Positions 47,950-60,410 are shown, counted from the stretch's first letter. The stretch is DNA of 64,000 nucleotides from an uncultured Alphaproteobacteria bacterium (GCA_963766265.1 CAVXYX010000001.1:414297-478296); one strand, 5' to 3'. Notes: generated from the letters alone by a model not told the origin. Numbers and translations: made by a program.

Positions 47950-48510
47950 TCAGACCGCCTGGACTGCGGTGACTTCGGGAACGTAATGACGCAGCATATT
48001 CTCGATGCCGTTGCGCAATGTCATGGTCGAGGAGGGGCAGCCGGCGCAAGAGCCCTGCAAATGCAGCGAGACGATGCCGGTCGCGCCGTCGAAGCCCTTG
48101 AAGATGATGTCGCCGCCATCCTGCGCCACGGCGGGACGCACGCGGGTGTCGATCAATTCCCTGATCTGCGCGATCACTTCGGGATCGCCTTCGCCATAGG
48201 AGCCTTCATCGACTTCCTCGGCCGCGCCTTCGATCAAAGGCAGGTTGCGGGTAAAATGCTCCATGATCACGCCCAACAAAGCGGGCTTGAGGTGCTTCCA
48301 GTCGCCGTCGCGCTTGGTGATGGAAATGAAATCGGCGCCGAAGAAAACACGCGACACCTCCGGCGTCTCGAACAAGGCGCGGGCCAAGGGCGAGCGGCCC
48401 GCCTGTTCGGCGCTGGGAAAATCGGCCACCGCCCCTTCGCCCATCACGGTGCGGCCGGGCAGGAATTTCAGGGTGGCGGGATTGGGCGTGGCTTCGGTCT
48501 GGATGAACAT
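47950..48510 (-). CDS. NifU/Nfu Fe-S cluster scaffold
   Basis: MFIQTEATPNPATLKF, RPAVAQDGGDI, GSCAGCPSS. Confidence 0.92.
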   Translation of the reverse strand: MFIQTEATPNPATLKFLPGRTVMGEGAVADFPSAEQAGRSPLARALFETPEVSRVFFGADFISITKRDGDWKHLKPALLGVIMEHFTRNLPLIEGAAEEVDEGSYGEGDPEVIAQIRELIDTRVRPAVAQDGGDIIFKGFDGATGIVSLHLQGSCAGCPSSTMTLRNGIENMLRHYVPEVTAVQAV

Positions 48511-48570
48511 GCTGTTTCCGCTTGTAACACCTCTTTAAATGGACCCTCCCGGTAGCAGGATCAAGCACAG

Positions 48571-48774
48571 CTAGAAGTCGGAAATCAGGCCTTTTTTCTC
48601 CCAATCGCCATAGCGGGTGGGTTCGGGACCTTTGGGACCGCCCTTTTCGGGGGGAAGTTGAAGCGGCTTTGCGCTTTCGCGTCGCGCCTCGGCCTCCCGG
48701 TTGGCGCGCTTGGCGGCCTCGGCAATGCGGGCGGCGATTTCTTCCGGAGATGAAGCTTTTTTCGTCTGGTCCAT
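48571..48774 (-). CDS. DUF1674/SdhAF4-like protein
   Basis: GGPKGPEPTRYGDWEKKG. Confidence 0.85.
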   Translation of the reverse strand: MDQTKKASSPEEIAARIAEAAKRANREAEARRESAKPLQLPPEKGGPKGPEPTRYGDWEKKGLISDF

Positions 48775-48779
48775 GGCGG

Positions 48780-48807
48780 CTTGACCCTGTCGCCACAAAG
48801 CATACAT
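48780..48807 (+). promoter_or_regulatory. Putative sigma32 promoter of htpX
   Basis: CTTG-N17-CATACAT upstream of a heat-shock protease gene. Confidence 0.45.
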
Positions 48808-48832
48808 CACTGATGGCAACAGGGATATTCCA

Positions 48833-49693
48833 ATGAATCTGTTCAAGACCGCGCTTCTGATGTCGCTGATGACCGGGCTGTTCCTGGTGGTGGGCGCCTT
48901 GATCGGCGGCTCGATCGGCATGGCGGTCGCGTTCGTGATCGCCGCGGGCATGAATCTTGTCGCCTATTGGAACTCGGACAGGATGCTGCTCTCCATGTAT
49001 GGCGCGCGCCAGGTGGATGCCTCGAGCGCGCCCGAGCTGGTCCATATCGTTGAGCGGCTGGCGGCGCAGGCGCGTCTTCCCATGCCCAAAGTCTTCATTG
49101 CCGAGAATCCCCAACCCAACGCTTTCGCCACCGGCAGGAGTCCCGAACACGCCGCGGTCTGCGTCACCTCGGGTCTCTTGGCGCAAGTCAACAACGAGGA
49201 ATTGGCAGGCGTGGTCGCCCATGAGCTGGGCCATGTGAGGAATCGCGACACCCTCACCATGACCATCACCGCGGTGATCGCCGGCGCCATCGGCATGCTG
49301 GCGAATTTCGCTTTCTTCATGGGCGGCCGCCGCAATCCCTTGGGCCTTGTCGGCGTGCTGCTGGTGACATTGCTGGCGCCCCTCACTGCCATGCTGGTGC
49401 AATCCGCCATCAGCCGCTCGCGCGAATACGAAGCCGACCGCGCCGGCGCCGAACTCACCGGCCGGCCTTTGTGGCTGGCGGACGCGCTTGCCCAGATCGA
49501 CAACAGCGCGCGCAAGACCTTGAACGCGCCAGCGGACGCCAATCCCGCCACCGCGCATATGTTCATCGTCAATCCGCTGCATGGCGGGATGAGCGGCTTG
49601 TTCGCCAGCCATCCGCCCACCGCCGAACGCATCGCCCGCCTGCGCGCCATGGTACAGGCGCCCGACGCGGGTCAAGCCGGTCCCTGGGGATGA
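48833..49693 (+). CDS. htpX: Zinc metalloprotease HtpX
   Basis: [31 protein letters not shown]. Confidence 0.95.
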   Translation: MNLFKTALLMSLMTGLFLVVGALIGGSIGMAVAFVIAAGMNLVAYWNSDRMLLSMYGARQVDASSAPELVHIVERLAAQARLPMPKVFIAENPQPNAFATGRSPEHAAVCVTSGLLAQVNNEELAGVVAHELGHVRNRDTLTMTITAVIAGAIGMLANFAFFMGGRRNPLGLVGVLLVTLLAPLTAMLVQSAISRSREYEADRAGAELTGRPLWLADALAQIDNSARKTLNAPADANPATAHMFIVNPLHGGMSGLFASHPPTAERIARLRAMVQAPDAGQAGPWG

Positions 49694-50982
49694 CGGACAA
49701 TCGGTCGGAGGCGCGCGCGGGCTTGGCCGCACGCAAGGCCGCGCTTTCGATCCTCACCCAGGTTCTGCGCCAACGCCGCCCGCTCGATACCCAGCTCGAC
49801 GCGCTGAAAGGGCTCGCGCCGCGTGACGCCGGGTTCGCCCGCGCGCTGGCCAGCCAGACCTTGCGTCACTTCGGCGAGCTGGAAGCGCTGGTACGGCATT
49901 TCGTGCCCAAGGCGCCGTCGCCCCACAAAGCGGGCCCGGCGATAGAAATCCTGCTCCTGGGCGCGTGCGAATTGTCGGTCCTGAAAGTGGCGGCCCATGC
50001 CGCGGTGGACGCCGCGAACAATCTGGCCGCCGCCGACGGCAAGGCGGTGCATTTCAAATCCCTGATCAATGCGGTGCTCAGGCGGATCGCGCGGGAAGGC
50101 GAAGCCGTCCGGTCCAGCTTGGACACAGCGCGCCTCAACACCCCGGATTGGCTCTGGACGCGGTGGAGCGCGCAATATGGCGACGAGATCGCCCGCGCCA
50201 TCGCCGGCGCGCATGGGAAAGAAGCGTCGCTGGATATCTACGTGAAGCAGGATGGCGGGGCGCATCCCCAAAGCGTGAACCTGTTCGGGCTTTCCCGCCG
50301 CGTGACCGATCAGGGCCGGGTGGAAGACATGCCGGGCTTCGCCGAAGGCCATTGGTGGGTGCAGGATGCCGCGGCCACGCTTCCCGCCACTTTGCTGGGC
50401 GAGGTCGCGGGCAAGCGCGTGATCGATCTTTGCGCCGCGCCAGGCGGCAAGACAATGCAACTGGCGGCGATGGGCGCGAGCGTGACGGCGGTGGAGATCG
50501 ATTCCGCGCGCGCGCGCCGGTTGCGCGAGAATCTCGTCCGCACCGGCTTGTCCGCCACGGTGGTCGAAAGCGATGTGCGCGATTTCGGCGGCACCGCGCC
50601 CCTGGTGCTGCTGGATGCGCCCTGCACCGCCACCGGCACCATCCGGCGCCATCCCGACCTGCCCTGGATCAAGGGCGCGGCGGATGTGATGGCGCAAGCC
50701 GCTTCCTCTTACGATCTTCTGGAAAGCGCGGCCCGCATGGTCGAGCCGGAAGGCCTTCTGGTGTTCGCGGTCTGCTCGCTGGAACGCGAAGAAGGCGAAG
50801 AACAGGTCGCCGCCTTCCTTTCTGGCCACCCGGAATTCCAGCACCTGCCGGTCGAGCCGGGAGAGATTTTCGGTCACGCGGAATGGATCACGCCGCAGGG
50901 CGACCTGCGCACCTTGCCCTGTCAGATGGGCGATTGCGGCGGCATGGATGGCTTTTACGCCGCGAAGCTCCGACGCTTATAA
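49690..50982 (+). CDS. rsmB: RsmB/NOL1 RNA m5C methyltransferase with NusB domain
   Basis: [28 protein letters not shown]. Confidence 0.88.
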   Translation: MTDNRSEARAGLAARKAALSILTQVLRQRRPLDTQLDALKGLAPRDAGFARALASQTLRHFGELEALVRHFVPKAPSPHKAGPAIEILLLGACELSVLKVAAHAAVDAANNLAAADGKAVHFKSLINAVLRRIAREGEAVRSSLDTARLNTPDWLWTRWSAQYGDEIARAIAGAHGKEASLDIYVKQDGGAHPQSVNLFGLSRRVTDQGRVEDMPGFAEGHWWVQDAAATLPATLLGEVAGKRVIDLCAAPGGKTMQLAAMGASVTAVEIDSARARRLRENLVRTGLSATVVESDVRDFGGTAPLVLLDAPCTATGTIRRHPDLPWIKGAADVMAQAASSYDLLESAARMVEPEGLLVFAVCSLEREEGEEQVAAFLSGHPEFQHLPVEPGEIFGHAEWITPQGDLRTLPCQMGDCGGMDGFYAAKLRRL

Positions 50983-53118
50983 ACGTCCGAGCGCATACGC
51001 GATGGCGAGAAAAATCTTGCCGGTGTCGGCGGAGAGAATGGACGAGGTAAGAAGCCCGCCGCCATCGCCTTCGCGGGCGCGCGACAAAAGCGCCTCGAAC
51101 TCCGCCATATAGGCATCCGCCGCGGCGTGGAAATTCTCGTCCTCGCGATAGAGGGTGGTGATGCGGTCGATCGCGCCATCGTCGATGGCATTGGCCAGAT
51201 TGCGCGCGAACACCGCGCGATCGCCCGCCAGATAGCGTTTCCATTCGTCGCTGCCCGGATAGGCCTCGGCGCTGATCGCCTCGAGATCCACCGCCATGTC
51301 GGCCAGCGCCAATTGCAGCGCCCCCATTGCCGCGGCGCTGCCCCCCGAAAGCTCGCGGCCCATGCTTTCGCTGTTCTCGGCCGCCGCCAGCAGGGTCTTC
51401 ATTTCCCAGCCCTTGGCTTCGCCCTTGCCCCTGAGATCGGAGTTACGCCTGGGCCGCTGGGTGAGTTTGCGCGCCAGGCCTTTGAGGCCTTCTGGCTCCG
51501 GCGACGCTTCCGGCGCGGGCGCGGCAACAGCTTGTGACGGTGGCGGGAGAACGCGTCCGCCTTGGGCATTGCGGGCGTGGATGGTCGAAAGCGTGCGGGC
51601 CGAGAGGTCCAGCATCTGGTCGGTCTCGTTCTGCACCATCTGGCGGATGCGCTGCGCCTCGCCCTGCACCACGGTGGGAAGCCGGGCGACATGGCGTTCC
51701 ACGTCCTCGACGGTCCGCGCCAGCAGGCCGCGAATCTGCGTCGCCTCGGCGCTCATTTCGCCGGCGGCGCGCAGCAGTCTTTCGCATTCCGCCATCGCCT
51801 CGCCCACCAGGCTGCGCGCATCCTGCTTGGCCTGGGCGGCGCTTTCACCAATCAGGGTCTGGGCCCCGCTGCCCGCGTCGCGCAAGCTAGCGATCAGGCC
51901 GGTGAGCACGCTGTTGGCGGCTTCCGAGGATTCCTTCAGCCGCTCGGCCTCGCGCGCGAAGGCGCCGGTGAGCTGCGAGGCGCGATTGGCGGCATTGGTC
52001 ATGATGAGTTCCAGATGCCGCTCGGCATCGCCCGTCACCATCTCGAAGCGCTTGGCTTCGCCGCCCAAGGCGCCGATCGCCGATTCCATCCCGGCGCGCT
52101 GCTGCGACAACGCCGCTTCGAACGACGCGCCGTCCTCTTTCAGCTTCGCCAGCATCTCGGTCATGGCGCTGCGATGCTTTTCCTGCCGCGCCAGCACGAA
52201 TTCGGCGCGCGCCAAGGCGGCGTCCGACACCGCCTCGATCTTCTTGGCCTGGCTGTCGAGTTCGACCGCGGCGGCATGGGGCGCTTCGGCGGCGGCATGG
52301 GCGGCGGCGCGGAAGCCAGCTGCCTGCACATCCAGCGATTGGGCCGCCATCTTGAGCGAGCCTTCGGCGGTCTCGATTGTGCTTTTCAATTGCGCCGCGC
52401 GGCCCGCCACCGCTTCGGTGGCGCGCGAGGCCGACTCGTAAAGATGATCGGACACCAATTCCAGGCGCTGGCCTTCCTGGATCAGGCGCGCGGCGATCGC
52501 TTCGCCGCGCACTTCGGCGCGGGCGCCCGTTTCTTCCAGGGCCGCGATCTGGTTTTCCAGCGCGGTCTCCAAGGCCCTCAAGCGTCCGAAGGCGCCATCC
52601 AGTCCGGCATTGAGGCCATCGATTTCGCGGCGCACCGAGCGGCCCAGCCGCGCGGCGGTGCTGGAGGCCCGTTCGTCCACGGTGAAAAGCTGTTCGGCCG
52701 AGCCTTGCAGGGCCTCGGCGGCGCGCCCCATGCGATGGGCGAAGGTGAGAGCCGCCCCCACCGCGACGAACAAAAGCGGTGGCAACAGGATCGCGGCGGC
52801 GAACAGCGCGGTCTGCTGAAGCGGCAGCGCCAGCAGGCCTTTCTGGCCGAAATACCCCCACAGATAGGCGCCCCAGATCCCCACCCAGAAAGCCGAGGCG
52901 GCCGAGACAAAGAAAAACGCCACCGTGCCGTAGCGGCCGGCGGCGGGACGCTTGGGATGGAGGCGGGTCTCGGCCCGCAAGGCCGGGCTTTCGGTCCCAG
53001 AGGGGGCCGAATCCAACATAACTGGTTGATTTCGCTCGAAATTCCGTACCATCGGCTGATGCCGCCCGAATTCCCGGCAAGGATAATGGAAAGGGTTGGT
53101 TGCTGGAAGGCTAACCAC
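50977..53118 (-). CDS. TipN-like polar coiled-coil membrane protein
   Basis: Two N-terminal TM helices, long Ala-rich coiled coil, C-terminal YLAGDRAVF...FEALL...ADTGKIFL; true start may be near 53018. Confidence 0.6.
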   Translation of the reverse strand: MVSLPATNPFHYPCREFGRHQPMVRNFERNQPVMLDSAPSGTESPALRAETRLHPKRPAAGRYGTVAFFFVSAASAFWVGIWGAYLWGYFGQKGLLALPLQQTALFAAAILLPPLLFVAVGAALTFAHRMGRAAEALQGSAEQLFTVDERASSTAARLGRSVRREIDGLNAGLDGAFGRLRALETALENQIAALEETGARAEVRGEAIAARLIQEGQRLELVSDHLYESASRATEAVAGRAAQLKSTIETAEGSLKMAAQSLDVQAAGFRAAAHAAAEAPHAAAVELDSQAKKIEAVSDAALARAEFVLARQEKHRSAMTEMLAKLKEDGASFEAALSQQRAGMESAIGALGGEAKRFEMVTGDAERHLELIMTNAANRASQLTGAFAREAERLKESSEAANSVLTGLIASLRDAGSGAQTLIGESAAQAKQDARSLVGEAMAECERLLRAAGEMSAEATQIRGLLARTVEDVERHVARLPTVVQGEAQRIRQMVQNETDQMLDLSARTLSTIHARNAQGGRVLPPPSQAVAAPAPEASPEPEGLKGLARKLTQRPRRNSDLRGKGEAKGWEMKTLLAAAENSESMGRELSGGSAAAMGALQLALADMAVDLEAISAEAYPGSDEWKRYLAGDRAVFARNLANAIDDGAIDRITTLYREDENFHAAADAYMAEFEALLSRAREGDGGGLLTSSILSADTGKIFLAIAYALGRL

Positions 53119-53134
53119 GGGCGCCCCCGGGGCT

Positions 53135-53149
53135 TTAACCCGGCCTTAG
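53135..53149. promoter_or_regulatory. CtrA-box-like site
   Basis: TTAA-CCCGGCC-TTAG between divergent TipN-like and Hpt genes. Confidence 0.45.
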
Positions 53150-53194
53150 CCATGAGGGGCCGAAAGTTCCCGCTCGCCCCGAGTGAGAGTACCC

Positions 53195-53536
53195 ATGGGC
53201 AAGAACGCGATCGATCTGGAGCACCTGGCCCGCTACACGGGCGGCGAGAAGGAGTTGAACGCGGAAGTGCTCCGCCTGTTCGACGGCCAGATCACGCGCA
53301 TGGTGGCGGAACTGAACGGCCTCATCGTCAGCCGTGACGGCAAGCGCTGGCGCGAAGTGGCGCACTCCATCAAGGGTGCGGCGCGCGGCGTGGGTGCTTT
53401 CTCCATGGGTGACCTTGCGGCCCGCGCCGAACCGGTCGATCCCGCCAATGCGCCCGCCGCCAAGGACGCCGTCGAAAAGCTTGCCCACGAAGCCCAGACG
53501 GTGCGCGATTTCATCGACGCCTATCTGGCTGCTTGA
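53195..53536 (+). CDS. Hpt phosphotransfer domain protein
   Basis: IDLEHL, AHSIKGAARGVGA. Confidence 0.88.
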   Translation: MGKNAIDLEHLARYTGGEKELNAEVLRLFDGQITRMVAELNGLIVSRDGKRWREVAHSIKGAARGVGAFSMGDLAARAEPVDPANAPAAKDAVEKLAHEAQTVRDFIDAYLAA

Positions 53537-53558
53537 AAATCCGCTAGCCCGCCCATAT
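53532..53558 (+). promoter_or_regulatory. Sigma32-like promoter of the FNR-ferredoxin pair
   Basis: CTTGAA-N14-CCCATAT. Confidence 0.6.
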
Positions 53559-53560
53559 AA

Positions 53561-54954
<1,394 letters not shown>

Positions 54955-54958
54955 GCGC

Positions 54959-55339
54959 ATGGCATGGACGCGGGGCGTGTTTGCGTTGGTCGTTCTGACC
55001 GCCTGCACGCCCGCGGCCCAAAAAGATGCCAAGACCGATGCGCCGCCCGCCGCCGGACGCCTGCAAACCGCCGCAATGATCAAGGGCCACACCCCGTTCC
55101 CGGTGAACGGCTATCATCCGGGCAACTATCTCTTCCACGGCTATCGCTGCGGCACGGACTGCCTGCTTCATCAAAAGGGCTATCAGTGGGGGTCGCAACA
55201 CCAAATCGCGGACCCCAAGGATTGCCAGGGCAGCTCGGAGGAATTCCTCGAGGGCTGTCTTGCCTTTGCCGGGATCGAGGGGCCGCTGGGCGAGCGGGAT
55301 TTCGACGTCAGTTTTCCCCATATGAGCGGCATAGACTGA
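54959..55339 (+). CDS. Hypothetical Cys-rich lipoprotein
   Basis: Lipobox VLTAC; GYRCGTDC..H..GYQW...C....FLEGC. Confidence 0.7.
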   Translation: MAWTRGVFALVVLTACTPAAQKDAKTDAPPAAGRLQTAAMIKGHTPFPVNGYHPGNYLFHGYRCGTDCLLHQKGYQWGSQHQIADPKDCQGSSEEFLEGCLAFAGIEGPLGERDFDVSFPHMSGID

Positions 55340-55438
55340 AGCCGCGGCCGTCTCTGGTTGCCCACTCTGGTTGCCCCTCTGGTTGAAGGGGATGCGGCGC
55401 GGTGTTAGCGTTGCCCCACATCAGATGGAGGGGACCCC

Positions 55439-56074
55439 ATGAAAAACATCGCATTGAAAGCTTTGCTTATTGCGTCCGTTTTCGCGCCTGTCGCCGCGCT
55501 GGCTCAGGGAAGCAGCCTGACGTCCACGGTCATCACCAAGGAAGACATCAACAAGATCAACCAGAGCGAACAGTCGCTGCCCACCAAGGACGAAAATGCC
55601 ATGGTGGTGGATATCGGCGGCGAGAATTTCGCGCTGGGCATCATCCACCGCGGCTCAACGCACACGCCCCCGCCGGCGCGTCCGGCAAACGCGAATGCCG
55701 CGGCGCCTGAGCCTTGCGGAACGCAGATGGCAAACGTTCCGGCGGACGCAATACGGGGCGGCCTCACCCACGACCATCAGACCGAGGGCTATTACATCAT
55801 CTCGGGCAGCGGGACGATGATGTTGGACGGTTATATCGTCAATGGACGCCACAGCATGATGCCCGAACCGGGCGGCCCCAATGGTCCGTCATGCGGCGGC
55901 ATGGCGGTCGGCAGCAGGAAAGTGAACGTGAAGGTGGGCGATGTGATCATCGTTCCAGCCGGCGTGGTCCATGGCTGGGCCGACATTCCCGATCATGCGG
56001 ACTATCTCAGCTTCAGGCCGTCGCAGCATGTGATGCAGTCCGGCTGGGTCAATCCCACCATCGCCAAGAAATAG
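55439..56074 (+). CDS. Secreted cupin-domain protein
   Basis: Signal peptide (ALAQ); HDHQTEGYYIISGSG and GDVIIVPAGVVH cupin motifs. Confidence 0.75.
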   Translation: MKNIALKALLIASVFAPVAALAQGSSLTSTVITKEDINKINQSEQSLPTKDENAMVVDIGGENFALGIIHRGSTHTPPPARPANANAAAPEPCGTQMANVPADAIRGGLTHDHQTEGYYIISGSGTMMLDGYIVNGRHSMMPEPGGPNGPSCGGMAVGSRKVNVKVGDVIIVPAGVVHGWADIPDHADYLSFRPSQHVMQSGWVNPTIAKK

Positions 56075-56086
56075 ACAAGCGACGAA

Positions 56087-56124
56087 CGCCGCGAGCGAAC
56101 CAGGGAGGGCCGCTCGCGGCTGTT
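56087..56124 (+). terminator. Hairpin terminator after cupin gene
   Basis: GCCGCGAGCG...CGCTCGCGGC followed by TGTTT. Confidence 0.5.
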
Positions 56125-56200
56125 TGCTGACCAGCGCAATGGAGCACCGGCCAGCGCGAAGTGCGGCAGACCGTGCGACCAAAATAAATAGCGGACTTCG

Positions 56201-57718
56201 ATGACCGTTGCGCATGTCTATACCGTCGCCTTCCAAGGCATTGAGGCCCGCGAAGTGGACGTCCAGGTGCATGTCGGCGATTCCGGCGGCGGTCAATTCA
56301 ACGTCGTAGGCCTGGCCGACAAGGCGGTAGGCTGAAAGCCGCGAACGGGTGCGCGCGGCGTTGGCGGCCATCGGACTGGCGCTGCCCTTCAAGCGCATCA
56401 CCGTCAACCTGGCCCCGGCGGATCTTCCCAAGGAAGGTTCGCATTACGACTTGCCGATCGCGCTGGGCCTGTTGGCGGCGATGGGCGTGCTGCCCGCCAG
56501 CGAGATAGCGAATTACGTCGCGGTGGGGGAATTGTCGCTGGACGCGCAAGTGACGGCGGTGGCGGGCGTGCTGAACGCGGCGCTGGCGGCGTCGGAGGCG
56601 GGACGCGGGCTGATCTGTCCGGCAATCATGCGGGGCGGAAGCGGCCTGGGCGGGCGATCTGACCATCCTCGCCACGCCGTCCTTGATCGCGCTGGTCAAT
56701 CACATGAAAGGCACATCGGTGCTTTCGCCGCCTTCACCCAAGCTGGCGGCGCTGACGCGCGCGGTGCCCGATTTGCGGGATGTGAAAGGCCAGGAGAGCG
56801 CCAAGCGCGCGCTGGAGATCGCCGCCGCCGGCGGCCACAATCTGCTGATGATCGGGCCGCCCGGCGCGGGCAAATCGATGCTGGCGCAGCGCCTGCCCGG
56901 CCTGCTTCCGCCGCTGGACGCGCGCGAGGCGCTGGAGATTTCCCTGGTGCGTTCGCTGGCCGGCGAATTGACCGACGGCGCCATCAGCCGCGAGCGGCCG
57001 TTCCGCAATCCCCATCATTCCGCCTCGATGGCGGCTTTGGTGGGCGGCGGATTGAAAGTGAGGCCTGGCGAAGTGTCGCTGGCCCATCTGGGCGTGCTTG
57101 TTCCTGGACGAGTTGCCGGAATTCCAGCGCGGCGTGCTGGACAGTCTGCGCCAGCCGATCGAGACCGGCGAAGCCGTGGTGGCGCGCGCCAATGCGCATG
57201 TGCGCTATCCCGCGCGTTTCCAGCTGGTGGCGGCGATGAATCCTTGCCGCTGCGGCTATCTTTCCGATCCGGCGCAGGCCTGCTCGCGCGCACCCAAATG
57301 CGCCGCCGATTATCAGACGCGCATCTCGGGTCCTTTGTTCGACCGCATCGACCTGCATGTCGAAGTGCCGGGGGTGGCGGCCAGCGACCTGGCTTTGCCG
57401 GCGGCGCGCGAGGGAAGCGCCGAAGTGGCGGCACGCGTGGCCAAAGCCCGCGATCTCCAGCGGGCGCGATTTGACGGCGAGACGTCGCGCACCAATGCGG
57501 AAGCCGAAGGCGAATTGCTGGACCGCATCGCCACGCCCGAGCCGGCGGGGATCAAGCTTCTCACCGAGGCGGCGGAGCGGATGCGGCTTTCGGCGCGGGG
57601 CTACAGCCGGGTGCTGCGGGTGGCGCGCACCATCGCGGATCTGGCGGGCGCGCCGATCGTGCTCAGGCCGCATATCGCCGAAGCGCTGTCTTATCGAAGG
57701 CTGGCGCTGCAGACTTAG
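56201..57718 (+). CDS. comM: ComM/YifB Mg-chelatase-like AAA ATPase (frameshifted)
   Basis: [49 protein letters not shown]. Confidence 0.92.
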
Positions 57719-58830
57719 CGCTTAGCCGCTTCCAGCGCCAAGACAGCATAGGCGGTGGCGGCGTCGCTCATGAAATGGCTGGGAATCGATTCAGGATCGC
57801 GGTTCTTGTTCAGCGACCAGGCAGTCCAGGCGCCTGTGGTCTTGTTTTGATTCTGCTCGAGCCACTGGATGCCGCGCACGACATTGCGGTCGCCCGCCGC
57901 CGCGCCGGTTTCTTCCCGCACCAACACGATCAGCGCGGTGGCATAGCCGTCGGAGCGTGTTTCCAGCGGCGTCTTGTCCACCCGCCCCTTCCAAGGCCCC
58001 AGATCGGTCAGGCTCCAGCCGCCGTCCGGATGCTGCAGGCGGTGCACTTGATCGACCAATTGTGCGCGCTGGTCTTTGTTGAGGAGCGCGGGGAAGGAGC
58101 CCGACGCCCACAACGCCACGACCTTGTTGAGCAGAGGCTGCGCCTCATAATGGCTGCGCAGATAGGATTGGAGCGCGGTGAGGTTTGCCGCAATCTTGGG
58201 ATCGGCGCGATAATTGTCGGGCGCCTTGCCCGTCGCCATCGCCATCAGCGCCGCCCAATGATACTGCGACTCGTCGGATTCCCAGGGCGCGAAGCCGAAA
58301 TTCTGCCACACCCACGAGCCCGCATCCGGCCCGGTCTTGGATTGCAGCGCCCAGGCATTGGCGAAGGCGGTGCGCGTGATGTCGCTTATGTGGCCGGAAT
58401 AGCGGTCGTAGCCGCTGAGGATGAAGGCGTTCAGCACCGCTTCGGAATTGTGGGATTCTATTTCCTTGCCCGCACCGGACGGAATGTCGCTGTAGAAAGG
58501 CTGCATCTGGTCCCATTGGCCCACACGCTTCTGGACGCTGGCGAGAAATGCCTGCTCCGCCGGGGACTGGCTTTGATCGTTCAAGGATTTGTGCAGGAGC
58601 GGCCGCGCCAGCCCATAAGACGCCTGGGTGTGGCACGAGATGCAAAGCGTGTCGCGGTCCTTGTGGGGGCGGTCCCAAGCCTGCCAGTCCGCCTCGCGTC
58701 CATCGAGATATCGCGCCGCCGCCTGCGGGCTCCAGGCTGCACCTTCGGCGCCCGCCCCGGCATTCACGACAGCCGCGCCCAGCGCGGCGATTGCCGCGCC
58801 AGCCAGAAGGCGAAACCTTGATGCCATCAT
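57715..58830 (-). CDS. Secreted prenyltransferase/squalene-cyclase-repeat protein with CxxCH
   Basis: Signal peptide; CISCH; QW-like motifs LQHPDGGW and QNKTTGAW. Confidence 0.6.
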   Translation of the reverse strand: MMASRFRLLAGAAIAALGAAVVNAGAGAEGAAWSPQAAARYLDGREADWQAWDRPHKDRDTLCISCHTQASYGLARPLLHKSLNDQSQSPAEQAFLASVQKRVGQWDQMQPFYSDIPSGAGKEIESHNSEAVLNAFILSGYDRYSGHISDITRTAFANAWALQSKTGPDAGSWVWQNFGFAPWESDESQYHWAALMAMATGKAPDNYRADPKIAANLTALQSYLRSHYEAQPLLNKVVALWASGSFPALLNKDQRAQLVDQVHRLQHPDGGWSLTDLGPWKGRVDKTPLETRSDGYATALIVLVREETGAAAGDRNVVRGIQWLEQNQNKTTGAWTAWSLNKNRDPESIPSHFMSDAATAYAVLALEAAKR

Positions 58831-58989
58831 CAATCCCCTGCCGCCCCACCCAAGATACAACTTCCGCAGGCTCGCGATCAAATTCCGCCGATGGCCCATT
58901 CCAACGCCGAGATCGTGGGCATCACGTTCAGCTTCTGAAAGGAACTCCGGTTCCGTTCAGCCGTTTCCCTTCCCACGTGGGAGGAAACC

Positions 58990-59205
58990 ATGAAAAACCT
59001 GACTTTGCTGGGCGCGGTCCTGATCGTCTTGGGGTCGCCGGCTTGTTCTTCGGCCATTTCAGCTTCACCGAGACCAAGCCGGTGCTGAAGGCCGGCCCGT
59101 TGCAGATCAATCAGCCAGGAAGATCACACCGTCTGGATACCCACCGCTGCCGGGATCGTGATCGTGCTGGCGGGCTGGGCCTGGTGATGGCAGCCGCAGG
59201 CCTAG
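58990..59205 (+). CDS. Small two-TM membrane protein (frameshifted)
   Basis: GAGGA SD; MKNLTLLG.VLI.LG...ETKPVLKAGPLQI...IPTAAGIVIVL. Confidence 0.55.
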
Positions 59206-59549
59206 ATCTTCAATTTGGTTCACCAACGCTTCCATTTCGGCCTTGATGGCGCGTGCGGTGCGCCGCTCGGCGGCGCGGAAATGCTTGACGATATCGCGGC
59301 CGCGTTGCGTTCAGCGCCGCACCGCCGCCCGACTTGCCGCCGGTCGTCGCTCCAGGACGCGCCGCCGAATACTCTTTCGATGTCCTGCAGCAGCAGCCAG
59401 GCGCGGCGATAGCTCAGTCTTCATCTTGGATGCGGCCGCGCGGATCGAGCCGGTCTCCTCGATCAACTCCAACAGCCGCGCCTTGCCCGGCCCGAGATTG
59501 CCGGAATCGCCGATCGGAAGTCGCAAGAATAGCCCCGCCATGCCGTCAT
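59200..59549 (-). CDS. modE: ModE-like wHTH regulator (short form; frameshifted)
   Basis: LGPGKARLLELIEETGSIRAAA, SYRRAWLL; ends approximate. Confidence 0.8.
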
Positions 59550-59599
59550 CCTGACGCGGCGGCCCGGCACCGGGGCAAGGCTTTTCCGGCCCCGTCAAA

Positions 59600-59623
59600 C
59601 GTGATACTTCAAGGAATATCACG
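59600..59623. promoter_or_regulatory. ModE operator-like palindrome
   Basis: CGTGATA-N10-TATCACG between divergent modE and modA. Confidence 0.7.
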
Positions 59624-59637
59624 AAGGTCCGGAGCCC

Positions 59638-60410
59638 ATGCATGGCGAGATATTCTGCGCGCCTGTTGGCGGCGATCCTTGTTTCTGGCGCTGGCGCCGC
59701 TGCCCGCTTTGGCCGCCGACATCACGGTGTTCGGCGCCGCCTCGCTATCCGATGCCTTGAAGGAGATCGCCGCCGATTATCAGAAAGCAGAGCGGCAAGA
59801 GCGTCGGCGGTATCGCTGGCCGCCTCCTCCGCCCTGGCGCGCCAGATCGAAGCTTCGGGCGGCGCGGATATCTTCATCTCGGCCGATCTCGACTGGATGG
59901 ATTATCTGGACAAGAAAGGCCTGATCGCGCCCGGCAGCCGCGAGAATCTGCTGGGCAACCGCCTGGTGCTGGTCGCGCCCAAGGATGCGGCCACGCCCAT
60001 CGCCATCGCGCCGCATTTCGATCTTCTGGCCGCGCTCAAAGGCGGACGGCTCGCCATCGCCAATCCCGACACCGTGCCCGCCGGCAAATATGGCAAGGCC
60101 GCGCTGACCGCGCTGGGCGTGTGGGACAGTGTCGTCGAACCATCTCGCCAATGCCGAGGATGTGCGCGTGGCGCTGGCATATGTCGCGCGCGGCGAAGCG
60201 CCCCTGGGCATCGTCTATGAGACCGACGCCAAGGCCGAACCGAATGTGAGGATCGTGGGCGTCTTTCCCGAAAACAGCCATCCGCCGATTCTGTATCCCG
60301 CCGCCCTCGTCAAGGACGCCAAGCCCGAGGCGCGCGGCTTTCTGGCCTATCTGTCCTCGCCCGCGGCGCGGGCGGTGTTCGAGAAGGATGGCTTCACCGT
60401 CCTCAAATAG
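59638..60410 (+). CDS. modA: Molybdate ABC transporter substrate-binding protein
   Basis: [32 protein letters not shown]. Confidence 0.92.

Noticed and set aside
56201-57718. comM interrupted by an integrated element (TGA near 56333)
   Set aside because: A single extra base explains the break; no integrase or inserted DNA is present.
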